From Antechinus flavipes (lineage: Eukaryota), in NCBI RefSeq assembly GCF_016432865.1, contig NC_067398.1, positions 324,136,001 through 324,200,000 of the forward strand: a stretch of 64,000 nt of DNA. Reading direction: 5' to 3'. Position numbers and translations under genes: made by a program. Below are positions 13,406 to 26,500 of the stretch, one piece after another. How positions within the stretch are numbered: the stretch's first letter is position 1; every line of letters begins with the position of its first letter. The notes under the pieces were generated by a model. It searched no databases. It saw only the letters and a list, made by a program, of their open reading frames with translations, and had not been told where the DNA came from.

Positions 13406-13964
13406 GTATGGTTACTTAGATGAGATTAAAATTTAATTTTTTAAAAAAAATTTCTTTAAAAGCAGATCTTGGAACAGAATTTTTTTAATTTAACTTTCTG
13501 ACTAATTTAATGAAGTAATTAAAGAAAAGTAAAATGATATATTACATTTTGTTTATATTAATTAAAAATATTTAACTGGCTTGTCAATGACATGGACAAA
13601 GGTATACGTCAAGTCAAGTCAAATGCTAGGCACTAAGTTCAGCATTTGGTGTACAAAGAGAAGTCAAAAGCAACCTACCTGCAAAACCAATCCCTTCTTG
13701 CTTATCCAATTTTAGAAGATACAAACTAGAGTTAATTTCAAGCGTAAAGAATAATCAAATTGAGAGCCAAGAAGAGCTGATAATTTTGGAATGTTGGAAT
13801 GGATTTAATAAGATGAAATTTAGTAGAGATAATTTTTGTTTACAGAGAATTAAAAAAAAACCTCATAAATATAAGATATAAAGGGCTTAAAAATTATGTG
13901 GGGAATCTTGGTGGACAGTAAGCATAGTGTGAATCAACTGTGTGATATTAGTCAGTGAACATTT

Positions 13965-14610
13965 TTTCCAATAGTACTTTATTTTTCCAACTACATGCAA
14001 AGAACTTTTTTAGTTGTTGTTTGCTTGCATTTTTGTTTTTCTTCTCAGGTTATTTTTACCTTTTTTCTAAATCAATTTTTCTTGTGCAACAAGATAGCTG
14101 TATAAATATGTACACATATATTGTATTTATCATATACTTTAACATGTTTAACATGTATGGGACTGCTTGCCACCTAGGGGAGGGGTGGAGCGAAAGAGGG
14201 CAAAAGTTGGAACAGAAGTTTTTGCAAGGGTCAATATTGAAAAATTACTCATGCATATGTTTTGTCAATAAAAAGCTATTAAAAAAAAACAAATTCATGC
14301 AAAGATAGTTTTTAGCTTTCACCTTTATAAAACTTTTTGTTCCACATTTTTCTTCCTCCTTTCTTACTCTCTGTCAAGAGAGGAAGCAATTTGATATAAG
14401 TTAAACATGAGCAATTCTTATAAATACATTTCTATATTCATCATTCTATGTAGAAAAAGTCGGATCAAAAGGGGGAAAAAAACACAAGGAAAAAAAAGCC
14501 AAGCAAACAAACAACAAAAGATGAAAACACTACATTTTGGTACACATTCAGTCTTCAAAGTCTGGATGCAGGTGGTACTTTTCATAACAAGTTTATTGGA
14601 ATTGCCTTGA
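13965..14610. mobile_element. Two L1 3' ends tail to tail (+ strand about 13965-14290, - strand about 14300-14610)
   Basis: Plus-strand tail with aataaaagctattaaaaaaaaa, followed by an antisense L1 3' end (ctttcacctttataaaactttttgttcc...). Confidence 0.7.
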
Positions 14611-14683
14611 ATCTCAGTGACTATATACATACATATATATAATATATACCTATACCTATATATATATGCGTGTAAACTTTTTT

Positions 14684-14822
14684 CCCCTTAGGCAATTAGG
14701 GTTAAGTGGCTTGCCCGGGGTCACACACCTAGGAAGTGTTAAGTGTCTGAGACCAGATTTCAACTCAGGTGCTCCTGACTTCAGGGCTGGGTGCTCTATC
14801 CACTGTGCCACCTAGCTGCTCC
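14684..14822 (-). mobile_element. Short tRNA-derived CORE-SINE (WSINE1/Mar3-like)
   Basis: ggcaattagggttaagtggcttgccc...cctagctgctcc; TSD taaactttttt at 14673-14683 and 14823-14833. Confidence 0.88.
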
Positions 14823-14859
14823 TAAACTTTTTTTTAAATATAAAAAATCTTTTTGGCTT

Positions 14860-15105
14860 GGTTGTTTTCAGTAATGACTGATTCTTTATGACCCCTTTTG
14901 GGATTTTTTTTTTTTTTTTGGCAAAGATATTCAAATGGTTTGCTCTTTCCTTCTCCAGATTATTTTACAGATGAGGAAACTGAGGTAAACAGAGTTAAAT
15001 GACTTGCCCAGGGCCACATAGCTAGTAAATGATTGAAGTCAAATTTGAACTCAGATCCTCCTGACTCCAAGCTGGATGCTTTATTTGCCAAACAATCTAG
15101 TTACC
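14860..15105 (-). mobile_element. MAR1-type CORE-SINE (RTE-like tail); further copies at about 22930-23170, 32080-32330, 42280-42750, 62150-62420 (-) and 54500-54740 (+)
   Basis: Shared signature ttcttggcaaagatactggagtggtttgccatttccttctccagctcattttacagatgaggaaactgagg. Confidence 0.75.
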
Positions 15106-15641
15106 TCCCATTAAACACCCTCATTATATAAGCTAGACAGTGCTAAATTCTGGGGATACAAAGAAAGGTAAAAACAATCTCTGTTCTCAAGGATTTCAGT
15201 TTAATGGGGGAGACAACATGCAGACAGTTATGCAAAAAATCTTTATATGGGATAAATTTGAAATAACCAACAAAAGGAAGGCACTAGAATCAAGGGTGAT
15301 CAGAAAAAGCTTCCTGTAGAAAGTGAAAATTTCACCAGGGTAGCTTAAAAAATTAATATAATCTTAGGCTACATTAAGGAAAGATATAGTGTCTAGGTCT
15401 TAGGAAATGATTGTATCCCTGTGCTATGCCCTGTTTAGACCCCCATCATAGTCATATATTTAGCATATTCAGTTCTGAATGCCATATTTTTAGGAAGAAC
15501 ATCAATAAGCTTTGAGAACATCTGGAGGAAGAGAATCAGAATGGTGAAAAACCTTGAGGTTAGGCCATATAATGATCAATTGAAGAATTTGGAGATCTTT
15601 AACCTGAAAATAATTTGGTGACGGGGGAGGGGAGAGGAAGA

Positions 15642-15798
15642 ATTTTTTTTTTTTTTTTTTTTTTTGCTAAGGCAATTATTAAGTGACTTGCCCAGGGTCA
15701 CATTGCTAGGAAGTGTTAAATGTCTGAGGCCAGATTTGAAGGCATGTCCTCCTGACTTCATGGCTGGTGGTCTGTCCACTGCGCAACCTAGCTGCTCT
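15642..15798 (-). mobile_element. WSINE1-like SINE
   Basis: Poly-T tail and SINE body; TSD gaggaaga at 15634-15641 and 15799-15806. Confidence 0.88.
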
Positions 15799-16249
15799 GA
15801 GGAAGACCATTTTCAAGTATGAGTGAAAAATTGAACTTGTTCTGTTTAGTAGAAGGTGACAAATTGGAACAACAAGATGGCAATAGAAAAGACAGGTTTA
15901 GGCTTGATTTTTTTAAAAAAGGGTTAATAATTAGCTCTAATCAAAAGTGGGATTTTTTTTTCTCAGATCTCCCTCTTTCTAGAAGTATTCAAGCAAAAGT
16001 TGGATGACAGGATATTGGTGCTGTTACAGAGAGTATTTTTGAATGGGAATGTGTCGGAGTAGGTGAAGTTCTTTAGGAACCTGAGATTCAATTGTTCTTC
16101 CAGTTAGGTGTAAAGACATATAGTAGGTATATAGGAAGGTGGATGTATTTTATTCTCTTGTTAAACCTACATTATTCCTCTTTTTTTCAGAAATGACATT
16201 TTTGAATAGGATATTCTTAGACTGATGTATAATTTTATTATTAAAAATT

Positions 16250-16372
16250 TTTTTGAGGCAATTGGATCATACAACCAGTAAGTAAGTATTAAGTATCTGA
16301 GGTCAAATTTGAATTCAGGTCCTCCTGACTTCAGTGCTGGTACTCTATTCACTTTGCCATCCAATAGCCCCT
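16250..16372 (-). mobile_element. WSINE1-like SINE
   Basis: gaggcaattgg...gtcaaatttgaattcaggtcctcctgacttcagtgctggtactctattcac; matches ORF 16167..16364(-) (LKSGGPEFKFDLR). Confidence 0.8.
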
Positions 16373-16624
16373 GATCTAAAATCTTAAAAAAAAAAAAAAA
16401 AAGACAATAAACTTGTATGGCATACTCACATTGGCCTGGAAATCAAACTTTGTGACCTTGCTCTAATCTCATCCCCAGCTTTTAGTGCTCTTCCTTACTA
16501 ACAACTTCTTATTTATTTTGTATTTATTCTGTAGATGTTTATTTTAAAAATATATTTCTATAGGTGCATTTTGTCTCCTTTGACAGAATATAAGTTCCTT
16601 GTGAGTAGGGAACTTCTCTTCTTT

Positions 16625-16760
16625 TTTTGGGGGGAAGGCAAAACACTTGGGGTGAAGTGATTTGCCTAGGATCACACAGCTAGTGAGTGTAGTGTCTGAG
16701 CCCTGATTTGAACTCAGGTTCTCCTGAGTTCTACTCATTGTAGCACCTTGCTGCCCCCAA
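16625..16760 (-). mobile_element. WSINE1-like SINE inserted in an L2 3' end
   Basis: TSD aacttYtcttcttt at 16611-16624 and 16761-16774. Confidence 0.82.
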
Positions 16761-17379
16761 AACTTTTCTTCTTTATTTGTACATCTCCAGTGCTTAGTAT
16801 ATTGCCTGGTTCATTGCAGGTGAAAATGCAGTAAGCAGAATGCTTACTGAGTCTAACTTTCTTATTTTTACAAAAGAAGCACAAATGTAAGAAATGATAA
16901 AGGTGCTGGTTTTAGGAAAAAACCTTGGAAGACTTCAATGAATTGATGCAAAACAGAATTCAGAAAAATTATGAAAAACAAATAACTTTGCAAAACTTTG
17001 GAACTTGGAAAGGACTCATGATTAAAAAAATGCTATGTTCCTCTAAATGTAGAGACAGATGGAAGCATGATTGTTATATTTTTTGACATAGCTAATGTGG
17101 GAATTTGTTTTGCTGACTACACATATTTTTAATAGTTTTTTTTTCTTACTTTCTTAATGGATGAGGAAGGTGGAAATGGAAGAAAGAATATTTAGACCTC
17201 AAAACAAAATGAGATTCAATTCTTAAAAATGAGGCATAAGAGAAGTTATGTGACTTGTCCAGAGTAACAGAATTAACAAGTGACTGAGTTAGAATTTCTT
17301 TTTCCCCCTCAAGCCTTCTTTTTAAAATTAATTTTAAATTATTTAATATTCCCCCCCAGTTATACCCCAAATAATCTTT

Positions 17380-18129
17380 TTTTAACATTTTCTTCAAAAT
17401 TTTTAAGTTCCAGATTTTCTCCCTTATACTCACTTTCAGCCCCTGTTAAGAAACTATATGCAAAGCAACATTTCCATAAAAGTCATGTTGCAAAATAAAA
17501 CATAGATTTCCCACCTTAATAATACAAAGAACCTCTCAAAAAATAAAATTAAGATGNNNNNNNNNNNNNNNNNNNNNNNNNNNNNNNNNNNNNNNNNNNN
17601 NNNNNNNNNNNNNNNNNNNNNNNNNNNNNNNNNNNNNNNNNNNNNNNNNNNNNNNNNNNNNNNNNNNNNNNNNNNNNNNNNNNNNNNNNNNNNNNNNNNN
17701 NNNCAGGTATTCTCTGGCAATGTATAGCATTTTTCATCATGAATCCTTCAGAGTAGTAGTGGATCATTGTACTGCTGAGAATGGAAAGTCGTTTACAGCT
17801 GATCATCATAGAACATTGTTATTACTTTGTATATAGTACATTTCACTTTGCTTGAGTTCATGGAGATTTTCCAGATTTTTTCCTAAGAGCATTCTGTTCA
17901 TTATTTCCCATAGAATAATCATATTCTATGATAATTATGTCACAATTTATTCAACCATTCCCCAATTGATGGCTATCCCCTCAATTTTCAATTTTTTGCT
18001 CTGAAAAAAAAAGCTAATACAAATATTTTTGTACATATAGGTCCTTCCCCCCTTTTTAAATCTCTTTTGGTATTTATGTTTAGTAATGGTTTTGTTGGGT
18101 CAAAGGATATGCATGCATTTATAGCTCTT
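17380..18129 (-). mobile_element. L1 3' region (contains an assembly gap), ending at the solo LTR
   Basis: Antisense L1 3' UTR/ORF2-end motifs (catcatgaatccttcagagtagtagtggatc, caaccattccccaattgatgg). Confidence 0.75.
17557..17703. other. Assembly gap (N run)
   Basis: Ns. Confidence 1.
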
Positions 18130-18133
18130 TGGG

Positions 18134-18287
18134 TGTAATGTCAGAGAAACTGAGGCAAGATAGAAATTAGAGAGTTTTTAATATTTTATTTGGATTTCTG
18201 AGAGGGAGAGATTTTCTGGGATCCATTTTTGATCTGAGGGCTGAATCAGACTTTCATCTCAAAGAATCCAGCATCGAATATCATTAA

Positions 18288-18327
<40 letters not shown>

Positions 18328-18782
18328 GGCTCTAAGCTCAGGTAGATAAAGGCGGGGGTGAGTCGTGAGGGGTGGTGGAGTCCAAACTCTGGTGAGCAGG
18401 AATTTCCAAGAAATAGACCATCAATCTGGTTCTGACAGGTTGGGGGCGGGGTAGAACCATAAATTCTTACAAATTGGGAGAATTTAGGAGGTGTTCAACT
18501 AGAGCTAGGAAGTCTGAAACTTAGAGATAATAGAGGATACCAATTAGTTATCTGAGATAGGACATCTGGAGTCTTTTCTTTTGGAATGTCAGATCTCCAC
18601 AGCACTAATTATCTCAGTTCTAATAAGCAGAAAAGGGAGTTGCAACCAGGGGGATTGAGGCAGAACAATTCAAGGAACTGAGGCAGAACAAATCAAGGAA
18701 ACTGAGGCAGGATTATTAAGGAAACTGAGGCAGAATGATTAGGGAAACTGAGGCAGAACAATAGAAGGAAACTAGTATAACA
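18134..18782 (-). mobile_element. Solo LTR of an endogenous retrovirus (4-bp TSD, class-I-like)
   Basis: TG...CA termini (TGTAATG...TATAACA), flanked by tggg at 18130-18133 and 18783-18786. Minus-strand AATAAA (plus tttatt 18185-18190), GC box at 18443-18451, and about five 23-25-bp tandem repeats (GGAAACTGAGGCAGAACAAT) at 18651-18773. Confidence 0.75.
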
Positions 18783-21700
18783 TGGGTATAGATCATATGT
18801 TTTGATCATTTATCATGAGTTAGGATTTCAATTCAGATCTTCCTGATTCCAAGTCCAATTTACTATCACCTTCACCATATTACCTACTGTTCTGTGATTC
18901 TACAATATGTTTTATCCAAGCATTATTGTTAAAAGATCTTTGCAGATCTAAATTTTATAATAAATTCTTTCTTTTCTCATCTTTTATTGGAATCATTTAA
19001 AATATAGTTCAAAGACCACCTCCTACTTTTTTTTGATTCCCTAGACGCTAGAGCCTCTAAAATTTGCTGTGTATTTGTTTTGCATATGTTGTGTATGTAA
19101 TTATTTATGTGTGTACATGTTGTCTCTCTAATGCAGTATTTGAGAGTAGGGACAGTTTCATTTTTGACTTTATGCTTTCAGCACTAATCAAAGTACCTAG
19201 AATACAATATGCTTATTGATTACTTGATTTTATGTGTCAAACTAAAAGCTATTAGTATCAGCCAACTGACATACTAAAGATTCTGTCATAATTCTGGTCC
19301 TCAACCTTGTAGTTAGTTTGCTTAATGACCCTCATTAGGGGCTATTAGCATATTAATAGGATATGGAAAAAATTTTCAATTAACTATAGGGGTAAAAGAG
19401 AGAAAAAATACATTATTAGCTCACTAAGCACCATTTTGATGTGCTAACAGGCTGTAGTGAAGATAGTTGTTATAAATTCAATAAAATGTCTGTGTCCATG
19501 GAAAATTTTCTTGATTGCTAGTAAATATTGACCTGAGTTAATAAAATAAAAGTGAATCCAAGGAACTCTTTTTTCATTAATGGTTTCTTTGCATTTTTGT
19601 GAATGAACACACAAATAGCTCATTTGATCATTGAAATATGCCCACACTTAAGGTAAAATTTTGTAGTATAAAAAGTCAAACAGCATCATATAGTGAAAAG
19701 AGAACTACTAGACTTGGAATCAGAGAACATATATTCAAATTTTGACCTATGTGACCTTAGAAAAATCACTTAACATTTCATGGTTTCAGTTTCATCATCT
19801 ATAAAATAAAGAGATTGAATTAGAATGACCTCTAACATCCCTTCCAGTTGTAAATCTATCATGAATTAAGAAAGTTTAGAATTGGGAAGAATACCACCAA
19901 ATAGGGTCAGCTAGGTGAATTCACTAGCAGTGAATAGACTGTGGGAATTGAAGTTGGGATGATTTGGGTTCAAATTCTATTTTTGACATTTCCTATGAAG
20001 TCTGGGCTAGCGCCCTGGAAGCCTCAGAATCAGTCAGAATCAGGATAAGCAAAAGTCCTTGGTCTTTAAAGGAACAAGTGAAGGGAATGGACAAAACTGC
20101 CACAAGCTCTCCACCAACCTCCCTTCTCCTCATCCTCCTCCAAAGTGACTTTGGCTTGTCTCACTCCACCCTCTAATCCCTCCTACGATTATCTGTATAC
20201 ACCAAAAGATCGAGCCAGCATGGAATAGTGAGAAGGGCCATTTTTCCAAACATATGCTAATAGAGTCATTGTCCAACAGGTAATTAGCCTTAAGTGCTCA
20301 GTTGTCTGATTCCAGCACACCTATTCAGATTTTCATCCCTTTACAACTTCTTATATCAAGCAACTTAAATTCAGCCTCAGTTTCCTCATCTATAAAGCTG
20401 GGATAATAAGAGTACTTCCCTCATAATGTTGTTAGGAGGATGAAATAAGATAACATATAAAGTGCTTTGTGAATCTTCAAACACTATATATATATTCTGG
20501 CTATCACTATTATTACTTAAATTTGAAATAGAAAAGTTTTAGTAGAACAGCATCTTTAAGTTTACTTGTGATTTTTGTAAAATGTGATGTGATTTTCATC
20601 CAAATTCTCTAGTAGCATGCTTTCTGGGCCAAAAAAAAAATCTCTTCTAAAATCATATTGTATTGGAGGAGATATAGTAGTAGGCCAGGGCATGGTTCTC
20701 ATTTTTCCTAGTCTTGAACAACAACAACAAATAAGAAATAGAAAAACTGAAAACAAAATAAAACAGAAAACAGAAAAAACAAAAAACAACACAAAACAAA
20801 ATCCCCTCAACAAAACACCGTATTCATTAGTTGAAGTCACCTGTTTCAATTTGTCTTTTTAGAGAAAAATTCTATATCAAATTGTGCTTCTTCACACAAA
20901 AGTTTTTTTAAAAATATGAAAAAAACCCCCCTAAACTGTCAGTAATTACTTATTGGATTCAATCAGTGAGCAGGCCTTTATTTATGGGACATCTACTATG
21001 GGCTAGGCATTATGCAAAAGAGAGGGGCAAAAATAATGCCTGAACTCTTGGAATTCTACCTATTTGTTTTTCCACTATCTGCTTGTGGAATTGAAGTAAA
21101 TTTTGTTTTTATTTTTTAATTAGGGATAGACTAAGAATTTTGCTAACCTCTGTGACCTTGAGCAAGTCATACCATCTCTATCAGTCTCAGTTTCTTCATC
21201 TGTAAAAGGAATAGATTGGATTAAAAAAAAGTCCCTTTCACCTCCCTATCTGATTCTATGACCTTATATGTGTATAAGATTGCATTTGTCATATATATAT
21301 ACTTTATTATAATATGTATTATAATTTTATATATTATTTATTATAATATATTGTTATTTTATATATTATTAGATATAAGACTATTTAAATCCTACTTAAA
21401 GACATTAACATAAAGGGCAAATTATTTAATTACTTTCATGATGTAGTCTCTATTTTTTTTAAGTCTTTTAAAAAGGCTTCTTTCCCTCAAGTCAAATCAA
21501 ATTCAGTTATAAAGAACAATGGAGGAAGCAAACTAATTCTGCTTTTTTTTTTTCATCTAATGCCACTTCTATTAAATATTTTGATGACAACAAGTTGGAC
21601 AAGCCAGGGAATTTTGTATATATGAGTCAGTCACTTACAGAAAATGAGCTCATAGTTAGACTGCTCAGAAATAACTACTTGCACAGTGGTTATTCTGCAT

Positions 21701-21862
21701 TTAGAGGTCAGATTGCTAATATGAACATCCTCCTAAAACTTTTGAGGCAGTGAAGTGTTTGAAATATAGCCTCCTTCTTCTTTATAGGGTGAGTAGGTAA
21801 ATATTTTGTTCTGAATAATGATAGAAAATTGATCTGTAAATGATTGCTTGTACAAGATAAAG

Positions 21863-21866
<4 letters not shown>

Positions 21867-21905
<39 letters not shown>
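21867..21905. repeat. (TG)19 microsatellite ending about 55 nt upstream of the exon-4 acceptor
   Basis: Direct reading. Confidence 0.95.
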
Positions 21906-21908
<3 letters not shown>

Positions 21909-21959
21909 GCAAATATCTATACTCATCTCTCCTTTTCTTCTTTTTCAATTGTGTTGCAG

Positions 21960-22123
21960 TGAGGATAAAACTTTAGAATCTGCTGTTGTCAAAGTCATTA
22001 ATCCAGTTGAACAATGTGATACTGGTTTTGAGTTCTGGGAGCCTTCTTCCTCCCTTGTGGCAAAAGAGATTCTTCAGGAGGCGCCTGAGTTAGTCACTGA
22101 ACAACTGGCTCATCTCCTCAGAG
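21960..22123 (+). CDS. PRUNE2: PRUNE2 coding exon (exon 4 equivalent), (S)EDKTLESAVVKVINPVEQCDTGFEFWEPSSSLVAKEILQEAPELVTEQLAHLLR(G)
   Basis: Acceptor gtgttgcag|T, donor AGAG|gtgaga. 164 nt, phase 2-1. Inside ORF 21844..22218 and in frame with the previous exon (AG+T=Ser). Confidence 0.97.
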
Positions 22124-22470
22124 GTGAGAGATTACACTTTCTATTAAATACTGAAAGGCTTAATGGAGTGTTTCTCAATCTGCTCATGCAGAAAGAGTGT
22201 GATCCATTCTTTGGTTAACAATCCCTTTAAAGACCACAGGAAGCTTCATAAAAGAAGCAGGGAGTAAAGAGTTTGTTAAAGAGTAACATTATATTGAATA
22301 TTAAAAATGTGCATTTAAAAATAGGCATGAGGGATCTTTGCTGTTTTGCTAGACAAGAATATTAAATGGAGCTACTGCACAACAGTTGGGGAGCTGGGAT
22401 AGCTCTTCGGGCTGTTTTTATGCCATCCAGGACATTTTTGGGAATGGTATGAGGACACACATACTCTGCA

Positions 22471-22501
<31 letters not shown>

Positions 22502-23435
22502 TGTATTGGATGTCCATGCTTATAAGTTTGAATAGTTTTTAACAATATCTGTGCTTTTGTGATACAGATGTAAACAGTGTAAATATATAATTTTTCTTGT
22601 CCTTTTGTTGTAAATGACTAAAAGAAAAATCATTTATTAAACGCTATGCTCCAGGCACTGTGCTAAATTCTAGAAACATGAAGATAAGCAAATAAGACCA
22701 TTCTTGCCCTCAAGGAGCTTGCATTCTGTTAAATGAAATCAATGAAGTTATTTTGTATCATCAACTTCTTTGGCAATCTGGTAAAGTCTGTGGATCCCTT
22801 CTCAGAATGAAGAGTTTAAATGAATAAAATAAAATGTGCAGGATTATAAAGGAAACTAATTATGTTAGGTATAAATATCATAAAGATTTTTTTTTTATAG
22901 CTCTTCATTGGAATCCATGGCATATAGGAGGTTGTTATTAAATTGTTTTTCAGTTGTGTCCAATTCTTTGTTGACCCTGTTTGGGGTTTTCTTGGCAAAG
23001 ATACTGGAATACTTTTCATTTCCATCTCCAGCTCATTTTATAGATGAGGAAACTGGGCAAACAGGTTAAATGATTTGCCCAAGATCACACAACTAGTAAG
23101 TGACTGAGGCCAGATTTGAACTCCCAAAGAGTCAGATATGATTGAAGAATAACTGAACAACAAAAGAGTTGGTGTCAAGAATGTGTTTTTTGTAAGCTAT
23201 AAAGTGTCATACGAACATGAGAGACTAGCTTCATGATTATCTTCTACCTGTGATGGCTTCAGGCAGTTGGGTCATCAGCCTAGCACTATAAATATTCTAC
23301 TCCCTAGTGCTTCCCAGTTTCATCTAGGGATTGAAATTGCTATCTCTACTTTGACTTGCATGCAGGATATAAAAAGAAGTCATTTCTGCTTCCTTATTTC
23401 TCATCTTGGAATTCCTCTTAAAAATTGTACAGCTT

Positions 23436-23592
23436 GGGGCAGCTAGTTGGTGCAGTGTATAGAGTGACAGCCCTGAATTCAAGAAGACCTGAATTCAAGA
23501 GTTACAATCTGGCCTCACACACTTAGCACTTCCTAGCTCTCTGACCCTGGACAAGTCACTTAACCCCAATTGCTTCAGGGAAAAAAAAAAAA
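23436..23592 (+). mobile_element. WSINE1-like SINE
   Basis: ggggcagctagttggtgcagtg...ccccaattgcttcagggaaaaaaaa; TSD aaaaattgtRcagcttg (17 bp, 1 mismatch) on both sides. Confidence 0.9.
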
Positions 23593-26500
23593 ATTGTGCA
23601 GCTTGAAATTGTATTGCTGAATTCTTTTTAGAAGTAATTAATAGAGGCAAATGACATTTCTATTGATTAATAATAAGGAAGACATAAAAAAGGAAGTCAT
23701 AGGATGGACTTTTTACATATACATTTAGTAAACTGTTGTATAAGTCTTCTCCTGTTCCCCCTCTTACCAACCCTATTATGCTTGTAGTAGGGGAAAGTAG
23801 CTAACAGTGTAATGCCCTTTTAAATGTTTTAGAACTAATGGCCCTGGTAAACCTGCTATTAAATATTTTGCTGGCTCCAGATCTCCGTAGAAGTGCTGGA
23901 TAGGAAGACTATGCCCTTAACTAAACCAAAGAGGGATAATCATTTATCTTTGTGACAGAATCGGGGAAGAAGGCAGTTAGGGATTTCAGGCAAAGGAATA
24001 GTAGTGTGATGAAACACAAAATCTGATATAGGGAAAATGCTGTAAATAATTTTATATAATAATAACTTATATGTCTCTTTAAGGTTTGCAATCTGCTTTA
24101 TATATATAACCTCATTTTGGCTTCACAAAAACTTATTTTAGAGATGAGAAATCTGAGGCAGACCTTGTCAGGGTCTTACCCAATCTCACTCAGCTTTTTT
24201 TTTTTTTGAGACTGGAGTTTTGAATTCATGTCTTCCTGACACTAAGCCTGGTGTTCTATCCACTGTGCCCCTAGCAACTGCATGTACTAAGCTAGTCAAA
24301 ACTTTGGGTTGTTTTGCAAAAAACACACAAACTATTTAGTGGGAGGGAAATGCTACCTCATTTGAGCCTAATTGCTTATCACCAAGTTGTAGAAACTGGT
24401 TGATCACATATCAGTGGTGTTTTAGGGGAATTTCTGGTAGGAGCTAAACTAAACAGACTTTAACTCTAGAATTTGATCTATGTTTACATGTATTCCAAAG
24501 ATGAATAAGGCACAGTTTTCATTGGTGCTAGATAACTCACAATAAAGGCTTTTTTTGTTGTAGACAAGAGTATCATGTTCTTTAGCTGAAATACATTGTT
24601 CCCAGATAGACTAAGAGAAAGTAGAACTTTTTCTTCATTTTCAGGGGATATTAAGAATGCCATGGGTCTCCATTTTTAACTAGTCTGAGTCTCAGGCAGC
24701 AATTTGCCATCACAGACTTTCCAGATTGGTATTGCCTGCCAGAAATTGTGTTCTCCTGGGGAAGACTTTGTGAATTGGTCACTGAAAGCCATGCAATGAT
24801 TAGAATAAGAATTACAGTTCTGAAAATGGACTCTGTTTTCCACAAGCCTATTTTCTGAAGAACTAGAAGCTAGTTAGCTAGCTATGGACCCAGAGAGACA
24901 AGGGTTCAACTCTTCTCTCTGCTACATGTTGGATGATCTTGGACAAATCACTTGCTTGAGGCAACTCTCTAGACCTGAATTCAGGTGTGCACCTGAATTG
25001 ACAGAGAAAGTAATTCTTTGGAAGTTCTCCATGCTGATGAAATCCTAAGCCTAGTATCTATTCCAATCCTTTTCACAAGGTATGTGCTTGGAAACTGGCT
25101 TTTTGCAACTCTGTAGAGAGAAAGATAGAATAACAACACAAAATATAAGAAATCATTATATTATTTATGGGGTGCTTGGCAAAATGCTTTCCTCACAGTA
25201 GTTCTAGGAGGTAGAAGTACAAATGTGATTACTCAAATTTTAGACAGAGGGTCTGAGAAGTCAGGTGGTTTGCTCAGGATTACATAGTAAGTAATTGTCA
25301 AGTTCTGTATCTAAATCCCAGTCTTCTAACTATAAGCTGTGTCTTTTTTGACTCCTCCCAAAATGTAGTTTACATTTTTAGAGATATAGATATATTAATG
25401 GCCCTCAAAAGGTTTCATCTCTAAATAATTTCCTTAATAGTTTCCACAAATACAATATCAATAACACCTAACATTTACATAGTGCTTATTATATGCTTGG
25501 TCAGTTCTAAGTGCTTTCTTTACAAATATTACCTCATTTGCCCCTCACAACAACAATGGGAAGTAGATGCTTTCCCTTTTTTTCAGATGAAGAAACTGAG
25601 GCACACTGAGACTGAGTGAATTGTCCAAAATCATACAGCTAGTAAATATCTGTGACCATATTTGTTCTTAGGACGTTCTAACTCCAGATCTGGTTCTATC
25701 CACTGTGTCTAAGAATGCAGTGACTGTTGTATCTCTATTGAGCTATTTCATTAAAAAAATGACTGTTAAAATTGCTGTGCATCTGTCACTATAATTCGTT
25801 TGAATGAATTAAGCTAAATTGAATTTTTCTATATGTAAAATTTTCATTTTTTAAAAAATAATTGTTCTGTGTTTAATAATATCTGGCAGTTGTACAGTCA
25901 GAACAGGAATTTTCCCATAATGCCAGAGAATAAATTGAGGCTTAGAGAAATTATTTGACTTTGGCTTCAATTGAATTGAAAAAGTTCTTAAGTGCTATAT
26001 GTATTCAGTTCTTTGCATTTGGTAATATAAAGATTAAATTGTCTCTGACCTTAAAAACTTCCATTCTATTGGGGATGGGAGTGAGAGGGGAGGGATATAA
26101 GTAAGGATAGGAGGAAAATAAAAGAAAAGATCATTAACAATTTGAGGGAATTGAGAGGCTCCAGCGAGGAAGCTGAGGTTACTAAGATGTTGAAGAAGGA
26201 AGAGCACTTCAAGGGCCATAAAGACTAGAGATAAAATCTTATCTATGAGGAATGGCTAGCAGAGTGGTTTGCCACAGATGCAGAGTACAAGAATAACAAT
26301 AACATGAAATGTCTTGTCTTATACAGATGTTTAATACATGCTCACTGAATTTATCCACTTGCACAAAATCATACTGCTCATCAGTGGTATGGTCAGGATT
26401 AGAACAAGGTTGTTTCTCCCTTTTTTACTTTACTACTCTTCTTATTTTAGTAATTTCCTGATTAATTCCTTTCAACTGCAGATATTTTCTTGGCAGGGTT

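Larger units (their letters stand above)
13730..16050 (+). mobile_element. Fragmented L3/CR1 3' region hosting nested L2, L1 and SINE insertions
   Basis: CR1-like sequence at 13730-13948 (tgaatcaactgtgtgat) resumes at about 15340 (gcttaaaaaattaatataatcttaggctacattaagg) and runs to about 16050. Confidence 0.65.

Noticed and set aside
18651-18773. CRISPR-like or satellite array of ~24-bp repeats
   Set aside because: No unique spacers, eukaryotic context; these are U3 repeats of a solo LTR.
22930-23170. MAR1 copy with RTE-like tail words at both ends, looking like a TIR element
   Set aside because: Best explained as a common SINE/RTE-tail chimera; no TSD or clean terminal inverted repeats.
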